A stretch of 53,737 nucleotides of DNA, taken from the NCBI GenBank assembly GCA_038883715.1, contig JAVZLS010000009.1, forward strand, positions 1-53,737. Direction: 5' to 3'. Source of the stretch: Candidatus Bathyarchaeia archaeon (GTDB lineage: Archaea > Thermoproteota > Bathyarchaeia > Bathyarchaeales > Bathycorpusculaceae). The notes beneath the pieces are model-generated. The model searched no databases and was not told the DNA's origin. It was given only the letters and a program-made list of their open reading frames with translations. A program made the translations under genes and the position numbers. Below, one piece after another: positions 46,592 to 53,737 of the stretch; position 1 is the stretch's first letter, and each line of letters starts with the position of its first letter.

Positions 46592-47290
46592 TTAGAAGAG
46601 CTTCAGCTTTCTTTTTGGCGGCTCTTCTTCCTTTGGCTTTTCCGGCATCTTCGGAGGCGGCGGCATCTCCTTTACGGGCTCAGGTTTAGGAAGCTCAGGC
46701 TTAGGTTCAGGTTTTGGCTCCTCTTTCTTCTCCGGTACCGGCGGCTGTGGTGGCTGCTCCTCTGGCTCCTTTTTCTTCATCGGTTTCGGTTCACGCTTTT
46801 TCTCCGGAGGCTTCTCTTCTTTCGGCTTTTCGGCGGGTTTCCATGTAAAAATGGGTTGAAGGCGGAGACCCTTATGATCTCCGAGTTTTAGGTACTCCCA
46901 CTCGTAGAGGTCTATGTGTATGCCCTTCATGCTTTCAACAGCCCTTCTAACAGCGTCTGAAAAACTCGGCGCAATAAGTATGAGCCTAGGCTTTTCCTTA
47001 TCATCAATTTTGTGTTTGTTGTATGTGGCCTTTAGGAATGATTTGAACTTGTCAACATAGTCAAAGCTTTGAAGCCCTTGAAGAAGCATGGCGTCATCTT
47101 CCTCAACGTTCAACTGGAGAATGACAAGCTGACCGTTGCTGTCGTGACATAAGACGTCTAAAGTGGTTTTGTCATTTATTGGAACGTTGCTGCAAATCAC
47201 AGTTAAACCTTTTTCAACCATGTTTATTTCTTTGACTATCATCTGCTCCAATTCTTGGCGACTCTCAATGCTAATTTTTTCAATCGACAC
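46592..47290 (-). CDS. NucS/DUF91-like PD-(D/E)XK-fold protein (degenerate) with Pro/Glu/Lys-rich tail
   Basis: 'LDVLCHDSNGQLVILQLN...LQGLQSFD...PRLILIAPSFS'; low-complexity tail ending KRKLKLF. Confidence 0.6.
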   Translation of the reverse strand: MSIEKISIESRQELEQMIVKEINMVEKGLTVICSNVPINDKTTLDVLCHDSNGQLVILQLNVEEDDAMLLQGLQSFDYVDKFKSFLKATYNKHKIDDKEKPRLILIAPSFSDAVRRAVESMKGIHIDLYEWEYLKLGDHKGLRLQPIFTWKPAEKPKEEKPPEKKREPKPMKKKEPEEQPPQPPVPEKKEEPKPEPKPELPKPEPVKEMPPPPKMPEKPKEEEPPKRKLKLF

Positions 47291-47430
47291 ACGATTTCAC
47301 CTTTGTTTTAGAGAATGAAATCATGTAAGGGATAAATAAGTTATGAATCCAAAATCCGAATCCAATCTAAACTTAGTAAACCAGAAATAAGGCGTAAGCA
47401 AAACAATAACAAACGAAAGAGGCTAAAAGG

Positions 47431-48978
47431 TTGACGGACATAGTTTTCGTGTTTGAAGTGCACCAGCCCCACAGACTAAGGAAGAATTATTTCTGGGAAA
47501 ACAAGCTCTTTAAACGCCTAAAAAAGGAGGACCTCTTCAACTACTATTTCAACAATGAACTTGGCAGAGAAATCTTTGAACGCGCATGCAAAAAATGCTA
47601 CTTTCCATCAAACCAAATACTATTAGACCTAATAGACAAGCATAAGCGGGAGAAAAAACAAGTAAAAATTTCCTTCAGCATATCCGGGACTTTTCTCGAA
47701 CAATGCGAAATGTTTAACAAAGATCTTCTAGAATCCTTCAAACAACTCGCAGAAACAGGCTGCGTTGAATTTCTGAACCAGACATATTACCATTCGCTAT
47801 CGAGTCTCTACCCGGAAAAAGACGAATTCATTGAACAGATAAAAATGCATAGGCAAGCAGTAAGGGACTTGCTGGGTTACACGCCGCGAGTCTTTGAGAA
47901 TACAGAACTAATCTACAACAATGCCATAGCAAAAACAGCAGAAGAGTTGGGCTTTGCTGGAATATTCACGGAAGGCACAGAAAAAATACTTCATGAAAAG
48001 TCGCCCAACTACATTTACAAGCCAAAAGGATGCAAGAAGATCAAGGTGCTCCTCAGAAACTATAAGCTAACAGACGACATAGGCTTTAGGTTTTCAGCAA
48101 GATGGTGGAGCGAGTGGCCCCTAACAGCCGACAAATACGCAAGCTGGTTGGCAGCCACACCTGGAAACTGTATAAACATATTTCCAGACTATGAAACCTT
48201 CGGCGAACACCACTGGCCAGAAACCGGCATCCACGAGTTTTTGAGGCATCTGCCAAGGGAGATTTTGAAGTGGTGGCACCTCCGCATGGCAACACCATCA
48301 GAGGCCATTGAAAAATATGAGGCTGTCGGGGAAATTGACGTGCCAGAGCTTGGCGGAACAGTTTCATGGGCTGATTTGGAAAGGGATGCAAGCTGCTGGC
48401 TTGGAAACACCTTCCAATGGGCTTACTACACGTCCGTTAGGAGACTTGAACCCCTCGTCAAGGAGTCAGAAGACAAAGATTTTCTAAGGATATGGCGCTA
48501 CTTTCAAACAAGCGACCACCTCTACTACATGTTCACAGCCGGCGGAGCCCCAGGCGAAGTCCATTCTTACTTCAGTCCTTTCAACACTCCAGCAGACGCT
48601 TACGTAACGGCTCAAGCGGCAGTTCTTGACTTTGAGAACCGCCTTCGTCTGGCGACAATAACGGCCAACGAGCCATTCCTTTTCTATAAGGGCGTGGGAG
48701 AGGAAAATTTTACTGGAGTGATGGCCTGGAGCCTTAAAGGGTTCATAAAAGCCCTACAGAAAGCAGAAATAAAGTCCATAGAGTTCCATAACAGCCGCGG
48801 CGACTTTGAAAGGTGGGCTGAACATTCACTTCACGACAAAGTTTTGGCTGAAAAACTCATGGAAATTAGGCTTTCAAAGCTTAAGGGGCAAGCTTTACGA
48901 AAAGCCTTGATTTTGGCTGCAAAGGAAAGATTTGATGATTCGTCACGGCAACTAAGAGCTTTGACAGAATACTTTTAA
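47431..48978 (+). CDS. GH57 alpha-amylase with C-terminal DUF5752-like domain
   Basis: EVHQP, TYYHSL, ENTEL, SRW-type motif, DYETFGEH, SWAD, TSDH; tail 'EPFLF...EFHNSRGDFERW'. Confidence 0.9.
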   Translation: MTDIVFVFEVHQPHRLRKNYFWENKLFKRLKKEDLFNYYFNNELGREIFERACKKCYFPSNQILLDLIDKHKREKKQVKISFSISGTFLEQCEMFNKDLLESFKQLAETGCVEFLNQTYYHSLSSLYPEKDEFIEQIKMHRQAVRDLLGYTPRVFENTELIYNNAIAKTAEELGFAGIFTEGTEKILHEKSPNYIYKPKGCKKIKVLLRNYKLTDDIGFRFSARWWSEWPLTADKYASWLAATPGNCINIFPDYETFGEHHWPETGIHEFLRHLPREILKWWHLRMATPSEAIEKYEAVGEIDVPELGGTVSWADLERDASCWLGNTFQWAYYTSVRRLEPLVKESEDKDFLRIWRYFQTSDHLYYMFTAGGAPGEVHSYFSPFNTPADAYVTAQAAVLDFENRLRLATITANEPFLFYKGVGEENFTGVMAWSLKGFIKALQKAEIKSIEFHNSRGDFERWAEHSLHDKVLAEKLMEIRLSKLKGQALRKALILAAKERFDDSSRQLRALTEYF

Positions 48979-49035
48979 GCATATGCAAGCCTTAATAGGA
49001 AACGCATTAGGCATGTTTTGGCTTAAAGGTGAGAA

Positions 49036-49290
49036 ATGTTGAGGGAGGAACTTCCAATTTCTGAAAAAATTCTGCAAACGCTCCATAACCTATGCGCTAC
49101 AGCCCCAGATTTAGCGAGGAAAAGCGAAGAACTTGCCCAAGTCTTACAGCTGGACATAACAGAAGTTGAAAGAATCCTAGACAGTTATGGATGTGAGGGT
49201 TACGTGGAGAGCTTCGCTGACAGCCAAGGGAAAAAATGGTACTATCTCACTGGAAGAGGAATAATCAAGGTATGTGCACTTTTCACTTAA
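49036..49290 (+). CDS. Small winged-helix protein
   Basis: EELAQVLQLDITEVERIL...GYV...WYYLTGRG wHTH signature; SD AGGTGA. Confidence 0.65.
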   Translation: MLREELPISEKILQTLHNLCATAPDLARKSEELAQVLQLDITEVERILDSYGCEGYVESFADSQGKKWYYLTGRGIIKVCALFT

Positions 49291-49303
49291 CCGGCGGTAA
49301 CAA

Positions 49304-49927
49304 ATGCGAGTAATAATTTTCTCATGGGAGTACCCGCCAAGAGTTGTTGGAAAACTCGCCGATTATGCGAAGGAGTTGGCGGTGCAACTAGCCAAAAACA
49401 AGGTTGAAACATATGTAGTCACCTATCATGATTATATGACCGGGGAGTTTGAAGGAAACGGCGTGAGAACTTATAGGGTGACAAACCCCGTTAAAACCCA
49501 CATAAGCGTCCTCACATGGGTTTTGACCCTGAACCAGGAGGTGGAGCGGGTTGCTGCCAACATTTATTACAAGGCTGGTGGACACGTAGACCTCATAGAT
49601 GTGCAAGATTGGCATTTTATTCCAGCGGCGGTCACCTTGAAAAAGGCATTTAACATTCCTTTTGTGTTTTCTGTTGAGAGTTTAGAGGACCATCGCTCTC
49701 ACGGTTCGAACTCGCCGTTTAATATGGCTATTAAGAGCATTGAGTGGCTGGGCATGTATGAGGCAAGCAAGGTTTTTGTGAAATCCGAATGGATGGCAAG
49801 CGAAGTCATCAGAATCTACAAGGTGCCAGAAGCAAAAATAAAGGTTGTCAAGCCCGGCTCTGAGCGCTGGCTTAAAACAATTTTAGAAGCCTACAAAAGC
49901 CTCAAGGAGGGCTACAAAAATGCCTGA
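49304..49927 (+). CDS. Stand-alone GT4 N-terminal domain protein
   Basis: WEYPPRVVG, QDWH, ESLE; ends before the C-terminal Rossmann domain and has no EPFG motif. Confidence 0.7.
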   Translation: MRVIIFSWEYPPRVVGKLADYAKELAVQLAKNKVETYVVTYHDYMTGEFEGNGVRTYRVTNPVKTHISVLTWVLTLNQEVERVAANIYYKAGGHVDLIDVQDWHFIPAAVTLKKAFNIPFVFSVESLEDHRSHGSNSPFNMAIKSIEWLGMYEASKVFVKSEWMASEVIRIYKVPEAKIKVVKPGSERWLKTILEAYKSLKEGYKNA

Positions 49928-51125
49928 CGAATTAAGGGTTATGATGCTTACATGGGAGTTCCCGCCAAGAATTATCGGTGGAATCTCGCCCCACGTATAC
50001 TACTTGTCAAGAAACCTTGCAAAAAATGGCGTAAAAGTCTACATCGTTACATGCGATTTCCCGGGAGCCCCTCAACATGAGACACTGGACGGAGTTGAAG
50101 TCTATAGGATTGATTCTTACAAGAACCCCTCACCGGATTTTGCAAGCTGGGTTTATTTGATGAATATGAATATGCAGAAGGAGGCAGCCTCCATTGTTAG
50201 GGAGTTAGGCGGAGTTGACATTTTCCACGCCCACGACTGGCTTGTGGCAAACGCCGGGATAGGCTTAAAACATGTTTTTAGGAGACCTCTTCTGGCTACG
50301 ATTCACTCAACGGAATATGGAAGGCGGAACGGCATTCACTCCGACTATGAGAGGATGATTCATGAAACAGAGGCTTGGCTTACCTATGAGGCTTGGAGAG
50401 TCATATGCTGCAGCAATTATATGGTTTCCCATGTAAAATGGGTTTTCGGACTCCCACAAGACAAACTGATAATGATTCCAAATGGCGTAGACGCAAAGGA
50501 ATATGAAAAAAGCGGCGATGTTGATCTAAACCAGTTTAGGCGACGGTTCGCCTTGCCAGAAGAGAAAATTGTATTGTTTGTTGGGCGACTTGTCTATGAG
50601 AAGGGTATACATGTCCTCATCAATGCAGTGCCAAAGGTCTTGGAAAAGGTGAACGCAAAATTTGTCATCGTTGGAAACGGGTACATGCAACAATCCCTAT
50701 CAGAATACATTAGAAGCATGGGATTAGCGTATAAAGTCATGTTTACAGGCTTTGTAGATGATAGAACATTGCGGAATCTTCAAAAATGTGCCGACGTTTC
50801 GGTTGTCCCATCCCTTTTTGAACCCTTTGGAATTGTGGCGCTTGAGGCGATGGCGGCTAAAAGCCCAGTTGTGGTTTCAGACACTGGCGGCTTGTCAGAA
50901 ATTGTTGAGCATGAGGTAACTGGTGTTAAGGTTTATCCTAATAACCCGGACTCGCTGGCGTGGGGAATCACAAGGGTCTTGCTTGACGAAAAATTGGCGA
51001 ACAAGTTGAGGGAAAACGCTTACCGAAAGGTCGTGGAAAATTATAACTGGGATAAGATAAGCCGGCAGACAAGAAAAGTATATGAAAGTGTTTTAAACGA
51101 GTACTCAAAGACTTTTTGGGCTTAG
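49920..51125 (+). CDS. GT4 glycosyltransferase (glycogen synthase-like)
   Basis: WEFPP..IGG, HAHDW, HSTE, GRLVYEKG, EPFGIVALEAM. Confidence 0.9.
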   Translation: MPDELRVMMLTWEFPPRIIGGISPHVYYLSRNLAKNGVKVYIVTCDFPGAPQHETLDGVEVYRIDSYKNPSPDFASWVYLMNMNMQKEAASIVRELGGVDIFHAHDWLVANAGIGLKHVFRRPLLATIHSTEYGRRNGIHSDYERMIHETEAWLTYEAWRVICCSNYMVSHVKWVFGLPQDKLIMIPNGVDAKEYEKSGDVDLNQFRRRFALPEEKIVLFVGRLVYEKGIHVLINAVPKVLEKVNAKFVIVGNGYMQQSLSEYIRSMGLAYKVMFTGFVDDRTLRNLQKCADVSVVPSLFEPFGIVALEAMAAKSPVVVSDTGGLSEIVEHEVTGVKVYPNNPDSLAWGITRVLLDEKLANKLRENAYRKVVENYNWDKISRQTRKVYESVLNEYSKTFWA

Positions 51126-51131
51126 CAGCGG

Positions 51132-52070
51132 CTACGGGTACTTGAGCCTGATCGCCTTATGTGGACATGCATCAGAGCACTTCATGCAATAAATACATTC
51201 TGGGTCACTGAACTTTTCCCATGGCAGTTCTAAAATTGGAACCATCATGGGACAAGCCTTAACACATTCTCTACATTCGCCTTTAACACACTTCACAGGG
51301 TCCCTCCGCAAACCAAGAAAGCTGAACCTGTTTAGAAAAGCCATTATCGCACCATGGGGACATAGATACCTACACCATCCTCGCGGAACATAAGCTGCCA
51401 AAACAAGAACACCTACAAGGATAAACAGCTGAACCCAGAAAAGGGGAGGCAAATCCAAAACCCCAGATAAAACATCTACTACCTGCTTCTCCATAATCTC
51501 AATTGAAAAGCTTTGAATGCCTCTTGGCAGCGTGGAAAACAAGGTTTCAGCTGGGCTTATGGCAGTGAATGGGGCATAGGCGAATATGCCTAACGCCTTT
51601 TCATAGTCTCTATAGGCTCCCGTAACTTTAGCCGCTGAAAAAGTTAAGCTAATGAAAAGTACAATGCCCAAAACAAAATACTTCACTAACGCCATGTTTC
51701 TATGAGTTTTTGGAGAAACCTCTGTTTTCTTCACCTTGACAAAGCCTACCAGGTCTTGGATAAAACCGAAGGGGCAAACCCAACCGCAGAGGGATCTGCC
51801 AATCAGAACGCCTACTAATAGGAAGGATGCTACTGCAAGCCATGGAAAAACAACTGGTGACAACCATCCGCTGAACATTAACTGCAGTGCCGTGAAAGCA
51901 TCCCCAACGGTGTTTGGCTGGTAACCCCAAGTCCACATGACCGGGAGCACTATGGGCAGTGAGCCTAAATTAAAGACCATTGCGCAGAGGAGTAGGAAAG
52001 ATAGGAACTGAACAGTTCTGCGAAGCGTGTTAAATTTGAATAAGCGTTGTCGAATGTTCGCCTTCAACAT
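51132..52070 (-). CDS. Membrane 4Fe-4S protein (NapH/RdxA/YccM family)
   Basis: CGWVCPFG, WCRYLCPHG, C-x3-C-x2-C-x3-CP, C-x2-C-x2-C-x3-CP. Confidence 0.88.
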   Translation of the reverse strand: MLKANIRQRLFKFNTLRRTVQFLSFLLLCAMVFNLGSLPIVLPVMWTWGYQPNTVGDAFTALQLMFSGWLSPVVFPWLAVASFLLVGVLIGRSLCGWVCPFGFIQDLVGFVKVKKTEVSPKTHRNMALVKYFVLGIVLFISLTFSAAKVTGAYRDYEKALGIFAYAPFTAISPAETLFSTLPRGIQSFSIEIMEKQVVDVLSGVLDLPPLFWVQLFILVGVLVLAAYVPRGWCRYLCPHGAIMAFLNRFSFLGLRRDPVKCVKGECRECVKACPMMVPILELPWEKFSDPECIYCMKCSDACPHKAIRLKYP

Positions 52071-52114
52071 TTCAGCCCCATTTTGAATGAAATAACTTCA
52101 GAGGTTAAGGTTAT

Positions 52115-53485
52115 TTACTTTCCGATAACTTTAACGTTTTCCACAAGAACCCAAGGCGCAACAAGCGAGCCGATCTTTCTTTCATTATTTGCCAAATCCG
52201 AAACGTGCTTTAAGGCGTCGAAAACGTTACCGGCCAGCATAGCGCCCTTAACTGGGTGAACTATTCTGCCTCTCTCAATCTTCCACGCTGGAGTTGCCAC
52301 AACAGAGAACTCCCCGCTCGCCGGATTACTGCTATGCGCCCCTTGTAAGGAATATACAAGAAGCCCCTCATCAACCTCGCCTATCAGCTCCTCCGGGGAT
52401 TTTTCACCAGCTTCAAAGTGGAAATTTGTTGCTTCAACATTCGGCGTTGACAAATAGCCAGCCCTAAAAGCGTTTCCGGTACTTTCCCTCCCCTCCTTTT
52501 TGGCAGTGTAATTATCATAGATGAAGTTGCGCAATATGCCTTTCTCGATTATGATGGTTTTCTGCTGTGGAACTCCTTCGCCATCAAACTTCCACGTGCG
52601 GAGCCCGCCTTCAAGCAAGCCGTCATCATATATCGTCACGACTTCGGAGGCGACTTTTTTACCGATCTTCCCTTTAAGAGTTGACTGGTTTCGCTGCACA
52701 TAATCCGCCCTAACCGCGTCCATCAAAGTATAATAAAGAAGTTGCTGTAGCGCAAAATGGGCGAAAATAACATTCATGTTTCTTGTTTCCACTCGTTTGG
52801 CTCTTAACGCCAAAGCCGCCAGACGCGCAGCCTCTCTGCCCACCCACTCGGGATCTATTTTGAAAATTCTCTCGGCGTTAAATTCGAAACACACGGGTGT
52901 TACTTCGCCACCTTCATGGGCCACTGTTGCCAAACTACACTCAATAATTGTTCCACAATCGAAACCATTCACACCGTTTGAGTTTACAACAGCTCGTGAA
53001 AGGTAGGAAGCCCCGATACCGCCTTCTATTGGAAAAACGCGCTCGTCAGTCTTTTCAGCGGCCTCTAACATTAGAGAAGAAAGTTTGACTAAATCTTCCG
53101 GGGATAATTCGCAAATGGTGCTGTCGAACGTGCCCTTTACATGAGCATAGGGTTTCTTATGCGGGAAGCCTTGCCAATCTTTATCTGGCTTACTCGCCCT
53201 TGCTGATTTCAAAGATTTTAAAATTACCTCCTCAATTGCCTCTTTGCTTCCAATAATGTTTGTGTATGAAAAGCCAACCGCCTTATCGACAACAGTTCTA
53301 ACTCCAATTCCTTGATCAATAATCTTTGAACTTTTTGTAATTTGTCCCCTTTCAATGGCCACCGCTGTTGTGAAGCCTTGATATGCAAAGGCTTCAGCCT
53401 CGTCGGCTCCATGTTTAAGCGCGAATTTCACAGCATTTTCAGCTAAACTGACGGTTTCTTCTTCCTTAAGCGCCGCCACCAACAA
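52115..53485 (-). CDS. tldE: TldE/PmbA family protein
   Basis: GADEAE, GIGVR, FDGEG, STGNA, SGEFS; no HExxH. Confidence 0.88.
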   Translation of the reverse strand: MLVAALKEEETVSLAENAVKFALKHGADEAEAFAYQGFTTAVAIERGQITKSSKIIDQGIGVRTVVDKAVGFSYTNIIGSKEAIEEVILKSLKSARASKPDKDWQGFPHKKPYAHVKGTFDSTICELSPEDLVKLSSLMLEAAEKTDERVFPIEGGIGASYLSRAVVNSNGVNGFDCGTIIECSLATVAHEGGEVTPVCFEFNAERIFKIDPEWVGREAARLAALALRAKRVETRNMNVIFAHFALQQLLYYTLMDAVRADYVQRNQSTLKGKIGKKVASEVVTIYDDGLLEGGLRTWKFDGEGVPQQKTIIIEKGILRNFIYDNYTAKKEGRESTGNAFRAGYLSTPNVEATNFHFEAGEKSPEELIGEVDEGLLVYSLQGAHSSNPASGEFSVVATPAWKIERGRIVHPVKGAMLAGNVFDALKHVSDLANNERKIGSLVAPWVLVENVKVIGK

Positions 53486-53735
53486 GCACCTCTTTAACCC
53501 TTATATGGGAACCACCATCACAAACAAACGCCGTTTGGCCCTTTCCGCACCTTCCAGGCCAGAGTTCAAAGTCTTTTCCAACAGCATCCACTTTATGCAA
53601 TGTTTCAAGAGTATTGCCACTTATTGATGCATTTCGCACCGGTTCGCCAATTTCACCCTTAACTATTTCATAGCCCTCTTGAATCCCAACCTGGAACGTG
53701 CCGTCCAAGTTTGCTTGCCCTCCTCTGAAGCTTTT
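53466..53735 (-). CDS. tldD: TldD metalloprotease, C-terminal fragment (5' end runs off the window)
   Basis: Frame open to the window edge: [16 protein letters not shown]...ISGNTLETL...GRCGKGQ. Confidence 0.85.
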   Translation of the reverse strand, partial: KSFRGGQANLDGTFQVGIQEGYEIVKGEIGEPVRNASISGNTLETLHKVDAVGKDFELWPGRCGKGQTAFVCDGGSHIRVKEVLVGGGA

Positions 53736-53737
53736 GA

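Noticed and set aside
46583-46891. Arg/Leu/Phe-rich 102-aa ORF resembling a membrane peptide
   Set aside because: Reverse complement of the Pro/Glu/Lys low-complexity tail.

Overview
Gene-dense archaeal chromosomal window, most likely TACK superphylum and probably Bathyarchaeia. This is inferred from the PolB1-type polymerase, TackOD1-like protein, CarS, AglB, bacterial-type GAPDH and GH57-DUF5752 glycogen cluster. It holds about 52 CDS, mostly housekeeping: DNA repair and replication (nth, radB-like, topA, polB1, nfo), lipid and N-glycosylation (UbiD-family, carS, aglB, aglH), gcvT/gcvH, two moeA, a type IV pilus locus, an ECF module, pfdB-DUF3194-DHH, a subtilase, gap-pgk, a glycogen cluster and tldD/tldE. 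I saw no rRNA, tRNA, CRISPR array or transposase. Main observations: (1) a GC-rich structured 5' leader with an anti-Shine-Dalgarno sequence in front of a QueT-family S-component, a candidate archaeal preQ0/preQ1 riboswitch; (2) a small membrane protein resembling the eukaryotic OST subunit OSTC/DC2 near an STT3-like aglB and aglH; (3) an unannotated eukaryote-like eL41 gene that may start at ATC; (4) a translationally coupled YqgF-like nuclease plus Clp1/Grc3 kinase pair; (5) two Cys-rich microproteins missed by the ORF track; (6) pseudo-enzyme accessory genes in the glycogen cluster. Family assignments come from motif recognition by eye; no database searches or folding programs were run.
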